Below, in pieces: positions 10,347-20,000 of a stretch of DNA of 20,000 nucleotides. The DNA is taken from assembly GCA_001724265.1 (NCBI GenBank), contig MEDY01000183.1:50663-70662 (forward strand), given 5' to 3'. Positions within the stretch are counted from its first letter, which is position 1; each line of letters starts with the position of its first letter. The notes beneath the pieces are model-generated. The model was not told where the DNA came from, searched no databases, and saw only the letters and a program-made list of their open reading frames with translations. This DNA is from Rhizaria sp. SCN 62-66. Its lineage: Eukaryota. The position numbers and the translations under genes were made by a program.

Positions 10347-11161
10347 GAGCGGTACACCACCGGAAACAACGCAGGCGTGCGTGATGCGGTCAGAAAGGCG
10401 GTAATTGGGCGGTATGACCGAGTGTAACAAGGCGGTGACGACGCCAGCAAGAGTTGCAAGAGGAGACCTGTCACAACGGACTGTGAATGTCCACAAAAGG
10501 CGCGGTCAAAGTGTCGTCTTGTGCAAATGCGCAAAATAACCTGTAAAAGTAACGGTTAAACGCTGTACCCGCGTAAATATGTGGTTTTTGATCTAAATAA
10601 GGTCTTTACAGATTGGGAGAGAGGAGAATTGGGAATGTGGTGGACGGTTATCGATGAATCTAGACGCGTTGATTGAACTGTGCATACCGTCATTCAAAGA
10701 CTTTCAACCGCAATGGAATTAAACATTATGCAACTCTAATGTGCATTTAATATAATACATGTTTGTTATTTCGATTGTACTGGTTGTAAGGGCCTGTGGG
10801 GACAGTCCCAGAAGGGGGTAAGCCACAGTCCAAATTCCGGCCAAAAGTCCAAACTGGAAAACAACATGTGGCGGAAACGACAAATACCGATTTATCACCT
10901 TATCGTACTCGCGAAAATTGAAATATGTAAATTTACCATAAATAAATCACTGTATTAGGTACTATATCAAGAATTTAGTTGAATTTGCCTCTTTTTTCGC
11001 CAGCAAAATGTCAGCTAAAGTCAATGTTTCTTCCTGCATCAGTCACTTTTATCGGACGCAAGCTTACACTCGAATCCACCAAATGAGTGCACTGAATTGA
11101 GATTGCACCGTCTGATACACAATAAACACACAATTCCTAGTGGTTACGCAGCTGTCGTTGT

Positions 11162-14100
11162 TCACAAATACGCCGGTAAGTTTACCGTCCCTTCTGCCCC
11201 GGCAGCCACATCGCCGACCGCAGCGCCCCCGGTGACGGCGGCGACCGACGCCTCGGCTGCAGCGCCGCGCCGCGCCTGGGCCCTGCGCGCGCTCTGGTAG
11301 TATGCGCGCCCCCACTGCGGCAGCTTGACCTGGTACGCCCAGCCCTGGCCCTCGTACTTGAGCGCGTGCAACCAAATCATCTCGCGGAACGGGTCCACGG
11401 GCAGGATGGCTGGAATCACGCCGCGGTCCACACGCTGCTCACAGTCGCTGTCGTCTTTAACGTCGCCCTCGGCGGCAGCAGACGCGGTGGGGAACGTGGA
11501 GCCACAGCAGCCACTCGCGGGGACCGTGGGGGGCTCGCGGGGGCCCCAGCGGGCGAACTCGGCCTCTGCACTCCCAGCCTCGTTAGTATGGGAGGACAGA
11601 GCGCGGGCACTCTCGCTCGCACTTGCGACGTTTGCACTGTCGCCATTCAGAGCATGCTGCTGCTCTTGAGACTGTTGCTGTGGCTGCGAATGTGTCTGCG
11701 CCAGTGTCTGCGGCTGCGGCGGTGAGCGCACGAAGTGGAAGCGGTCCTGCCACACGTCATAAGTGATGTCGCGGCACGGCAGGCAGTGCGGCGCGCGCGC
11801 CTGGCGCCACAGCCCGCGCAGGCGCGCGTCGCTCAGCGCCGCGCCGCCGCCGGGGACGACGGTGGCGCCCGCCATGGTGCCGGTCATTGCAGCCGTCGCA
11901 GTCGCCGCCGTGCAAGTTGTCGTTGCATCCGCATCTGCAGCATCTGCAGCATCTGTCGTGTTCGCGGTCACCAACGCGCTATCGCCGCTGATCGCCTGCG
12001 CAGCCTCGGCACCCGCCTTGGTACTATCGCGTGGCGCGAGGTCCTCCGCGCCGGCCCAGCATTCGGCGGTGCTCTGGCCGCCGCCATAGCGCTCGTCGTT
12101 GCCGATGGGGTGTCCGAGCCAGAGCAGGTGGACGCGGATCTGGTGCGTGCGACCCGTGCAAGGCACGCAATGCACCAGAGACGTGTCCGTCACGGGGTCG
12201 TACGACAGCAGCCGAAACAGCGTCAGAGCAGGCTTCGGCTCCGCCAGCGGCAGCGACGCCAGACGGGACATGATCAGCCGGGCCGCGTCCGGGGCGCCTG
12301 CGCCGCCGGAGGCGTCCGGGAGGGGCGAGAAGTGCGGGGAGTCGGTCGGCGCGAAGACAGCGCTGAGACTGGCCGAGGCGGCGGCGGAGTCGCAGTCAGC
12401 GCCGGCGGTCGCGCTCAGCAGCAGCTGCTGCACGCCGGCGCCGTCGCTGCTCTCCCCGTCGCCGTCGCCGTTGCCTTCGCCTGAACCAGCCGCCGCAGTC
12501 GCACCAGAGCCAGAGCCAGCGCCAGAGCCAGAGCTGGCGTCCTTAACCTGACCTTTCTGCTGCAGCTTCTGCATCTGCTGCTGCTTCTTCATCTGCCTCC
12601 TGCTGACGGCGCCCACCTCAGCCCCCGCCCCGGCGGCGTCCGCGCCCGCGCCCCCAGCGGTGCCACCCGCAGTGTTTTTAGCGTAGAGTGCGATGGCGGC
12701 GACGGCGACATTGTGCGCGGCCTTGGCCTGCTGCACGACGGCCGCGCGGCCCATCCCGGCGGCGCCGTTGGCGCGCACCAGGTCAGCCAGCGAGCCGGCG
12801 CCGTAGAGTCCGTACTTGGCCGAGGCCGTGGCCACAGGCAGGGTGACCGAGATCTCCCACACGGGCGCGCCGGCCTCGGGGCTGTGGGCGGATCCGCCCG
12901 CCTCGCTACTATGGGGCAGCCACGGCCACGCGTTGGCCTTGTCGCCTCTGGTGACGCTCGTAGTGCTGCCAGTGGTCGAGCTGACAGAGTTGACAGCCGT
13001 GGGCCGGTGGAGCTTCTTGACGCGCACGCCCTCACTCACCTCCTGGCCTACGGCGCCGCATAGTGACGAGGGGGGGGTCGCGGGCACGCCCGGCGTCGGC
13101 GCCCTGGCCTTGTCCTGGAGCTCCCAGTGCTCCTGCAGCGTCGCCCACGTCGCGGGCAGCACGGCGGACCGCGCGAGCTGCGACAGACACTGGCGGCGCT
13201 GCTGCGAATGCAACTGCGAATGCTCCTCCGACTGCGGGCAGCAGCACTCAGCTTCCAACTCAGACGCGGACTGGGCCGGCGACGGTAACTGCGGCAGTGA
13301 GCAGGGACACGGCAGCGCGTGCGCCTCGTAGAGCGAGCACGAGCTGCACCGGCCGCGCAGACTGGGGCCGACGCCGTACGCGAGGGTCGAGGTCGCGGTG
13401 TAAGGATCCGACTCATCTAAGGGGGAACGGGGGCGGCCGCTGCTTGCATCGCTGCTCTCGCGACTGGGGCTGGCGTTGGCGAAGACAATGCAGTGCTGGG
13501 CCAGCAGCTGCTGCACGCGCGGGGGCAGGGTCGACCAGCAAACCCGGGGAGGGACGATTGCACCCCGGGCACTCGCGCCCGCGCCAGCGCCCGCGCCCGC
13601 ACTTGCAGCGTCAACTGTCGCGGCAACACCAGCGCCAGCGCCAGCGCGATTACTGTTGCTGGCGCTATTACTGATCATGCCGGGGAGCGTCTCCGCCGTC
13701 AGAGCGCCGCCGTGGTTTGTCAGCAGGATCTTGTCCTCGATGGAACGCGCCGTAGCAACGCTTTTCTCGATCCAAAGCACCCGCAGGAACGCACTCATCG
13801 CGTCCGACTCGGCCACAGTCAGCCGCTGCACAGGCCGACTACTCTGCGCGCCACTGCTCCCAGCGTCCACAAAGCCCTGCAGCAGCCTCCGCTGCTGCCG
13901 CTCGCACTCGCGCTCGTCGAGCGAGATGTGCGCGCCGAAACGGCCCTTGACGCGCGCGACGTAGTGCTTGCGCACCTCGCGGTTGCGCATCAGCTTGCTG
14001 AATTGATCGGAACTCGCGCTGTCGAAGGCGAAGATGAGCAGCCCCGACGTGGGACGGTCGAGCCTGTGCACGACGTGGAGATTGTACAGACCCTGCTCTT

Positions 14101-16384
14101 TGGCCAACAGGTGGATCACCGAGTTGAACAAGAACTTGCCGCACGCATGCACCGGGATGCCCGACGGCTTGTTCACGGTCACCAGCCCGCGCTCCCAGTC
14201 GATGCCCTCGAGCGGCACGGGGAGGGATACCACGGCGGGCTCGTGCTTGTGCACGTGGTGCAGGAACAGGTCTCCGTTGCGCCAGCGGTAGAACTGCGTC
14301 GGTGAGCCGCACGGGCCGAACTCGGGACGGGGCCGCGAAGTTAAGCCGCTCGAGTTACTGTTATTGTTGCTAGAGTTGCTATCATGGGCATCATCGTCGC
14401 CTTCATCGATCCAGATGACGGGTTTGTTGTTGATGATGATGCGCGAGTAACTCACTGCGAACTTGAGAGAGTTCAGGTTGAATCCTGCAAACTCGTGCAA
14501 CAACACGTCTTTGACTGTGGAGCCGATCCAACGGCTCTTGGAGCGCGCGCGGTACTGGTACAGATAGGGCCACACTCCGCGCAAAGTGACAGTCGGCACG
14601 GGAGGCTTCTTACCACCGGGGCTGGTGCTGGCGATAAGAGCAGTCTCAGTTGCGGGCGTGCTCGCGCTCGCAGGCGCAGTGCCACTCGCGGAATCCGAGT
14701 CAGTCATTGGAGTAGTCGCATCCGTCCCCTCACTGGCAGAGGAGTCGCCACTCGAGGCGAAGAGCGGGTCATTCACTGGCAGTGTGAAAAAGCAGTACTC
14801 AGTCAGTGACAGCTGCGAGGGGTCCAAGCGGCCGCCGGACAGGCCTGTCGCGGCGGCGTCGCTCGCATTGCTGCCCCCACCGGCGGCAGCTGCAGCGGCG
14901 GTGGTGGCGGCGGATAAGGCGTGCAGAGTAGCGCCCCCGCACGCCTTGCCGCCTTTGCTCACCCCGGCACTCGCACCGACACTCGCTGTGTTCGTGGGAT
15001 TCCCGCCCGCGCCAGCGTCGGCGGCGGACGGGGCGAAGACGCGGGCCATCTTGGTGCGGAAGCCGACGCCGCCGACGCCGCCGCCCGACATGTTGCAGTT
15101 GTCGGCCAGCGCGCGCTGAAAGCGCTGCTTCGCCTCGCCAGAGCCAGCGCCACCCGCGGAGCCCGTGGCGTCGGCGCTGTAAGTGCTGAGATGCGGGAAC
15201 CCGCCGAGTGTAAGGGGGTCTGGGGACCAGAGCTCGCGCGTGCCGGCCGGCGTAAGGACCTCCTGAAGCCCGAGGAGCTCGGGGGGAACCTCCGGCATCG
15301 GCAGGTACGCGTCGTTGCCGGGGCTCAGAGTCGCCGTTGCGCTCGCGTCTGTCGCGGTGTGGGCGCCGTCGGCCTTGTCGAGCGCAGCCTTCATGAGAAT
15401 AACCCGCTCAAACTGCTGCTGCAGATACCACATCGGCTTGGTCACCACGCCCGCGCTGCGGTTAGAGGCCTTCTCAGTCAGCTTGGTGCGGCCGCCCGCC
15501 GCGCCGCTGCTATTGTTGCTGTTGCTGCTGTTCGGGTTAACTACGCCGCTGCTTCCGTTGCTGCTGCTGCCGCTGTTGCTGCCGTTTGCGTTGGCCGCAG
15601 TGAGATAGGCGCCGCTAAAGCGGAGGGCAAGCGCGGTGGCCTGCTGCTCCAGCGTCAGCTCTGCGTCCCCCTCTTGCTCTCGCTCTCGCTCACGGTCACC
15701 CTGTTCACGGCCACTCTGTGTGCTGTCCGCAGCAGCAGTCGCGGCAGCATTAGAGCTGGAATTAGAGCCCGAGGAGCTAGAGGCAGTGGTGGTGGGGGCG
15801 TCGGTCATAGGTGTCGCACCGTCCGCAGCCTCGGCGACAGCAGCACTGCCTTCAGAAGCAACGGTCTGGACATTGGCATCAGCGCCAGAGTCATGTTGAG
15901 GCTGCGACGGCTGCTGTTGCTGTGGCGCATGTTGCTTCTGCCGCTCAGCAAGCATCTTGGCCGCATGCGCGCCCAGCCTGCCGTCGACCTTGGCCCTGAG
16001 CGTCTCCTCTGGCAGTGTAGCTAGCTGGAGCTGGAGCTTGAACTCGCTCCACTGCTTCTTCGTCAGCTTCATCTCGGGGTCGTGCCGCGCGCGCAGCGCG
16101 AGCTCCTCCTGCTCACGGTCATGCTTGCGCTTCATGTTGCGCGACATCTGCTGCTGCGGCTGCTGCGCCTCCGCGGCGGGGACGGCGGTACTGGCAGCGT
16201 CGGAAGACGCGGGCACGGATGCTGTGGAGGCGGCCGACGGGAAGGCGACGGAAGGCTGGATAGGAGGCAGAGAGACAAGCTCGTCAGCGTCAGCCGGTGC
16301 ATTATGCGCGATACTAGTCACGCCAGACGTCATTAAGTTATCATGTGCGACTGTGTCGGTAGCGCGCTTGAGAGCGGGATCCAT
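11162..16384 (-). CDS. RluA-family pseudouridine synthase (RPUSD2 / yeast Rib2-Pus8/Pus9-like), about 1740 aa, with large low-complexity insertions; TGA stop
   Basis: Motifs in canonical order: LRGVWPYLYQYRARSKSRWIG..VLLHEF, HHVHKHEP, VNKPSGIPVH, catalytic HRLDRPTSG (HRLD at 14057-14068), VRKHYVARVKGRF, KPALTLF, TGRTHQIRVHL..LGHPIGNDERYG, CLPC, IWLHALKY..W.Y...LPQW. First ATG at 16384. Confidence 0.92.
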   Translation of the reverse strand: MDPALKRATDTVAHDNLMTSGVTSIAHNAPADADELVSLPPIQPSVAFPSAASTASVPASSDAASTAVPAAEAQQPQQQMSRNMKRKHDREQEELALRARHDPEMKLTKKQWSEFKLQLQLATLPEETLRAKVDGRLGAHAAKMLAERQKQHAPQQQQPSQPQHDSGADANVQTVASEGSAAVAEAADGATPMTDAPTTTASSSSGSNSSSNAAATAAADSTQSGREQGDREREREQEGDAELTLEQQATALALRFSGAYLTAANANGSNSGSSSNGSSGVVNPNSSNSNNSSGAAGGRTKLTEKASNRSAGVVTKPMWYLQQQFERVILMKAALDKADGAHTATDASATATLSPGNDAYLPMPEVPPELLGLQEVLTPAGTRELWSPDPLTLGGFPHLSTYSADATGSAGGAGSGEAKQRFQRALADNCNMSGGGVGGVGFRTKMARVFAPSAADAGAGGNPTNTASVGASAGVSKGGKACGGATLHALSAATTAAAAAAGGGSNASDAAATGLSGGRLDPSQLSLTEYCFFTLPVNDPLFASSGDSSASEGTDATTPMTDSDSASGTAPASASTPATETALIASTSPGGKKPPVPTVTLRGVWPYLYQYRARSKSRWIGSTVKDVLLHEFAGFNLNSLKFAVSYSRIIINNKPVIWIDEGDDDAHDSNSSNNNSNSSGLTSRPRPEFGPCGSPTQFYRWRNGDLFLHHVHKHEPAVVSLPVPLEGIDWERGLVTVNKPSGIPVHACGKFLFNSVIHLLAKEQGLYNLHVVHRLDRPTSGLLIFAFDSASSDQFSKLMRNREVRKHYVARVKGRFGAHISLDERECERQQRRLLQGFVDAGSSGAQSSRPVQRLTVAESDAMSAFLRVLWIEKSVATARSIEDKILLTNHGGALTAETLPGMISNSASNSNRAGAGAGVAATVDAASAGAGAGAGASARGAIVPPRVCWSTLPPRVQQLLAQHCIVFANASPSRESSDASSGRPRSPLDESDPYTATSTLAYGVGPSLRGRCSSCSLYEAHALPCPCSLPQLPSPAQSASELEAECCCPQSEEHSQLHSQQRRQCLSQLARSAVLPATWATLQEHWELQDKARAPTPGVPATPPSSLCGAVGQEVSEGVRVKKLHRPTAVNSVSSTTGSTTSVTRGDKANAWPWLPHSSEAGGSAHSPEAGAPVWEISVTLPVATASAKYGLYGAGSLADLVRANGAAGMGRAAVVQQAKAAHNVAVAAIALYAKNTAGGTAGGAGADAAGAGAEVGAVSRRQMKKQQQMQKLQQKGQVKDASSGSGAGSGSGATAAAGSGEGNGDGDGESSDGAGVQQLLLSATAGADCDSAAASASLSAVFAPTDSPHFSPLPDASGGAGAPDAARLIMSRLASLPLAEPKPALTLFRLLSYDPVTDTSLVHCVPCTGRTHQIRVHLLWLGHPIGNDERYGGGQSTAECWAGAEDLAPRDSTKAGAEAAQAISGDSALVTANTTDAADAADADATTTCTAATATAAMTGTMAGATVVPGGGAALSDARLRGLWRQARAPHCLPCRDITYDVWQDRFHFVRSPPQPQTLAQTHSQPQQQSQEQQHALNGDSANVASASESARALSSHTNEAGSAEAEFARWGPREPPTVPASGCCGSTFPTASAAAEGDVKDDSDCEQRVDRGVIPAILPVDPFREMIWLHALKYEGQGWAYQVKLPQWGRAYYQSARRAQARRGAAAEASVAAVTGGAAVGDVAAGAEGTVNLPAYL

Positions 16385-16756
16385 CGCGAGATGCGTCAAG
16401 TGAGAGCCAACAGATGATAGCAAGACTCTTCCTTCAGGTCTAAAGCAAGGTTCAAAGAGGTATAATTAATGGAGAGTAAACGAGTAATCAACTGAAATTG
16501 GGGTTGTGTAATCAACGTGTTATTGACGATTTAAATAGTGAGATACAGCTATTTTGATGTCTTCTCATGAGCTCCTGCTGTCTGCGGCAGTTTGAAGAAA
16601 CAACACGATGTATTACGTGTACGATTACGCTTGAAGACATAAGTCTTATGCGTTCAATATTAACACTGTGCATGTATTCAGCGTCGTTACTCTGACCTCA
16701 GCATCATAAAAAAAATCACAAACACTCACTGGTAACTGTACAAACACGCGAATGAT

Positions 16757-19027
16757 TCAATCCTCGCCGTAGAAGCGCGAGCTCTTTTTCTCGCCGGCGG
16801 TCAGCGCCTCGTGCACCTGCCCGACGGCGCCGTTCTGGAACGCGCGGCCGCCGACGTCGCCCGAGACGGCGCTGCTGACGGGCGCGGCGGGGGTGGCCTT
16901 CTTGCCGCCCTTCTTACCCTTCTTGTCGGCGTCGCCGTGGCTGCCGTGGTCGTGGTCGTGGTTGTTGCGCGAGGTCGACCGCGAGTGGCGCCGCACCGGG
17001 TTCGTCACCGACGCGGGGTAGCCGTCGCCCACGGTCAACAAGTTCCCCGCATCGCTACTACGGGCCGCCGAGTACCTGTGGCCGTGGCCAAGGTGGTCGT
17101 CGGTGATGAGCAAGCTGTCTGTCGAGTCCAGGTAGTCGTCCTCGTTACGCGTGTGTGCTGCGGCGTTGTAGTTGATGTTGACGTTCGCGACCGCGCCGCC
17201 GCCCTTGCCCTTGCCCTTGCCATGACTTGCCCCGTCGGCAGATAGCAACGCCGTGTTCAGGCCGTCGCCCTTGACGTTGTGCGCGCCCTTGTTCTTGCCG
17301 TGGGCATGGTCACCGCCGGCAGCCGGCGTCCCCGCGGCGGAGGACGCGGCGTCGAGGGGCTGCACTGAGAAGTTGAGCACGGCAATGCCGAGCACGCCGA
17401 GCAGGTGCAGCGCGACTACGATAGCGGCCTTGACCTTGTAGTGCTTCTCCAGGAAGAACCCCAGTGCGAACTGCACCGCGGTGCCGAAGGACTGGAAGAG
17501 CTTGAGCGCCGACATCGCGGCGTCCGAGTCGCGCGGTGAGGCCTTGAAGAAGGACTGCAGAATGGCCGGGATCTGGCCCATGTACACCGAATCGCCGGTC
17601 GCGTACAGGAAGGCCGCGGCGAAGCACACGACGTACTGCACCGTGGTCGCGCCGTGGAGCTGGACCTCCTCGCTGTCGCCCGTGTCGGGGTTCGTCACGC
17701 TCTCGAAGTTGGTCGGGAAGGCCCAAAGCAGCGCCCACAGCGTGAAGGTGATGTGCGCGGCGGCGGCGATTACCGTGACGCCGCGGCGGCCCAGCTTGGT
17801 GGCCGCGAGGCGCCCGCCGGCGTAGTTGAGTACGACGGAGCTGGAGAAATAGACGCAGAGGAAGTAGGGCACGGTGTTAGCGCCGAGCACGGTCTTGACG
17901 ATGATCGAGGTCACGTCCCCGAAGACGAAGCCCTGAGACATGCCGTGGTAAAAGATCACGGGAATGAGCGTGTAAAAGCGCGCCTCGGTGAACGCGAGCT
18001 TGAGCGTGGCAAACACAGAGACGTCGGCGACGGCCGACTCGGCGCCCGACGGCGGCGGAGGCAGCGAGCCGTACTTAGGGTCCAGCAGTAGCAGCCGGTC
18101 GTCGTCGTTCGCGAGCTTCCCGTCGGCCCCAGGGACGACAAGGCGCAGCGCCGTGGTGTCGCTGTCCACGGTGGTGAACGAGCTCGCGGTGGTGCCGGCG
18201 TTGGCGCTCGAGGTGCCGTGCTGCAGCGGGCGGTATCCGCCGTCGCTGGCGGGCGCGAAGCCGTCCGCGTGGCGGTGTCCGTGAGCGGCGGCATCGGGCG
18301 CGAGCAGCGAGGGCGGGGCGGCAACGAGCGCGTCGTCGTCGTAGTCGCCGTTGAGTGCGGAGCCCGTGAGGGACTGGATGCCGTGCGCGGCGAGCAGCGC
18401 GGGCGTGTCGACGGTGACGGGGGACATCAGTTCGGCCACTGTGTGGTTGACAATGGTCGGGGTGAACATGAACACAACGACGCCAACGCAGCAGAAGATC
18501 GATAGAATAATAAAGAGGTACGTCGTAGCGTTGTCGCCGGCGTAGTTCAGGATCAAAGAGCTCGCGAGTGTGCCGATGAAGCCCGTGACGCTGAAAAGCG
18601 CGAAAAAGAGGCCGTTGAAGTACGACGTCGCCTGCTCAGACGTGCTGCCAGTCACGTACGCGTTCTGCTGTGCACAGCGCGACAGGTAGACAGACTGGCC
18701 AGTCCAGAGCAGGGGCGCGCCGAGTCCGACGAGCGCGTGCGAGGGCAGAGTCGTGGCCCAGCCGGGGTGCAGGAAAGAGAGCACGAACAGGGCGTACGGG
18801 GTCGAGCCGATGATCATGGACATTTTGGGGCCCAGGTGGGTGACGAGCTTGGGGGCGGGAATGCAGAACAACGTGAAAATAAGATACAGACACGCAAGGG
18901 AGACGTTGGCAACGGTTTTGTCCTGAGAGAGTGTCGTTGAGAGTGCCTGTGCAGACGAGAACGCGGCAAAGACGCCAAAAAAGCCCGCTGCCACGACAAG
19001 CGCGTGAGCGCGGAAAGGCACGGTCAT
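16757..19027 (-). CDS. UNC-93-like / MFSD11-like major facilitator superfamily membrane protein, about 756 aa; TGA stop
   Basis: Two bundles of hydrophobic helices; UNC-93-type signatures GFFGVFAAFSSAQAL, APKLVTHLGPK.SMIIG, GLGAPLLWTGQSVYLSRCA, FNGLFF, FYHGMSQGF, A...KLFQSFG.AVQF. Start chosen at ATG 19027 (MTVPF); an upstream in-frame ATG at 19144 is possible. Confidence 0.85.
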   Translation of the reverse strand: MTVPFRAHALVVAAGFFGVFAAFSSAQALSTTLSQDKTVANVSLACLYLIFTLFCIPAPKLVTHLGPKMSMIIGSTPYALFVLSFLHPGWATTLPSHALVGLGAPLLWTGQSVYLSRCAQQNAYVTGSTSEQATSYFNGLFFALFSVTGFIGTLASSLILNYAGDNATTYLFIILSIFCCVGVVVFMFTPTIVNHTVAELMSPVTVDTPALLAAHGIQSLTGSALNGDYDDDALVAAPPSLLAPDAAAHGHRHADGFAPASDGGYRPLQHGTSSANAGTTASSFTTVDSDTTALRLVVPGADGKLANDDDRLLLLDPKYGSLPPPPSGAESAVADVSVFATLKLAFTEARFYTLIPVIFYHGMSQGFVFGDVTSIIVKTVLGANTVPYFLCVYFSSSVVLNYAGGRLAATKLGRRGVTVIAAAAHITFTLWALLWAFPTNFESVTNPDTGDSEEVQLHGATTVQYVVCFAAAFLYATGDSVYMGQIPAILQSFFKASPRDSDAAMSALKLFQSFGTAVQFALGFFLEKHYKVKAAIVVALHLLGVLGIAVLNFSVQPLDAASSAAGTPAAGGDHAHGKNKGAHNVKGDGLNTALLSADGASHGKGKGKGGGAVANVNINYNAAAHTRNEDDYLDSTDSLLITDDHLGHGHRYSAARSSDAGNLLTVGDGYPASVTNPVRRHSRSTSRNNHDHDHGSHGDADKKGKKGGKKATPAAPVSSAVSGDVGGRAFQNGAVGQVHEALTAGEKKSSRFYGED

Positions 19028-19862
19028 CGTCACACAGCGGCGACCAAGCAGCGCGATGCAACACAACGCAGATAAAGGTGCTGTGTAATGTGGCAGTGAA
19101 GTGCCGGGTCTAGTGTGAGAACATTGTCGAGGTTGGGGCTTCATAAAAGAGTGAGTTAAAAATGACGCAAGCGAACTGAAGCCGAGCCGTTATGGCATGC
19201 GCGCAGCCATAAACTGCATATTTTATCAGTAAAAAAACAAGTATTAAATGAATACACCATATTCTACGTTAATATCGACGCTGTTTAACGTTTGACGATC
19301 TGCGTGTTGCGGATTACGATGCTGTATCATGCTTGCCATTCGCAGCTCGCAACACGGCAGTTGATACAGCTTTCTATTTCTTTTCTGCCCACAGTCTTAA
19401 ACAAAAAGGATTACTCCCTTTGCCACCGCATGCGCAGCGTCGGACACATGTTGGCCTCCAGGTTAGCCTCGCGCCCAAGCCAAACGGGGCCGAACTGAGC
19501 AACTTTGGTTTTTTCATGTTCTCGTAGATCCAAAGCACACTGTGAGATAAAACAATGGAAACGACGAGATTGAAGCCTGAATAAGTTATTCTTTAATTTA
19601 TCACTCTTCTCCAGAGATGTTTTTGGTTGTTCTCAAGGGTCGCCCAGGTCGCCGCCCTTCGGCACGCGCTGCTCGCTCTATTTCTTTGAGCATGCATCGA
19701 CCAATCAACATAGATCCCAATCGATGTGTTACGACATTGTCGCACTGCTTAAGTACTCTCCTTTATACTATATTACTCATGTCTCTTCCACTCTTTGTTC
19801 TGTCGCTCTTTTTCCCTCTTATCTTCGCACACGCGCCCTCCCTCAGTCAAGTTTCTCTTCAG
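19028..19862. promoter_or_regulatory. Divergent intergenic/promoter region between the UNC-93-like gene and actin, probably including an actin 5'-UTR intron or trans-splice acceptor
   Basis: Head-to-head gene arrangement; two CCAATC motifs near 19700-19722; long pyrimidine tract about 19755-19860 ending in TTCAG directly before the actin ATG. Confidence 0.5.
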
Positions 19863-20000
19863 ATGTCTGAGGTCCAGTCTCTCGTTGTCGACAACGGCTC
19901 CGGTATGTGCAAGGCCGGCTTCGCCGGTGATGACGCCCCCCGCTCCGTCTTCCCTTCCGTCGTCGGTCGCCCCCGTCACCAGGGCGTGATGGTCGGCATG
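19863..20000 (+). CDS. ACT: Actin, 5' portion (truncated by window end)
   Basis: Translates to [46 protein letters not shown], the conventional actin N-terminus; strongly C/T-ending codons typical of a highly expressed gene. Missed by the ORF track because there is no stop in the window. Confidence 0.97.
   Translation, partial: MSEVQSLVVDNGSGMCKAGFAGDDAPRSVFPSVVGRPRHQGVMVGM

Noticed and set aside
10347-10496. TTG-initiated N-terminal extension of the large ORF (similarly 16385-16423)
   Set aside because: Eukaryotic context; the first ATG (10346 and 16384 respectively) coincides with the shift to coding-like composition.
12857-13936. Intein or mobile element as the source of the pseudouridine synthase insert
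   Set aside because: No Cys/Ser start with His-Asn end, no LAGLIDADG motif, and no terminal repeats or transposase motifs seen.
1-20000. CRISPR arrays, prokaryotic operons or defence systems
   Set aside because: The sequence is eukaryotic (spliceosomal intron, actin, WDR5); repeats are trinucleotide microsatellites, not repeat-spacer arrays.

Overview
Eukaryotic (probably protist) nuclear DNA with GC-rich, intron-poor genes separated by AT-rich spacers. Four genes lie on the minus strand: a two-exon WDR5/Swd3-like WD40 protein, a very large Gln/Ala/Ser-rich protein with an AT-hook-like motif, an expanded RluA-family (RPUSD2/Rib2-Pus8/Pus9-like) pseudouridine synthase, and an UNC-93/MFSD11-like MFS transporter. 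The 5' end of an actin gene follows divergently on the plus strand. The most notable observation is that three ORF-finder fragments (5904-10496, 5535-5873, 4911-5276) form one continuous reading frame interrupted only by two TAG codons, each sitting in a Gln-rich run, while every unambiguous gene end in the window is TGA. This suggests UAG (possibly UAR) is decoded as Gln, either through a variant nuclear genetic code or readthrough. Nonsense mutation, sequencing error or an intron cannot be excluded from this window alone.
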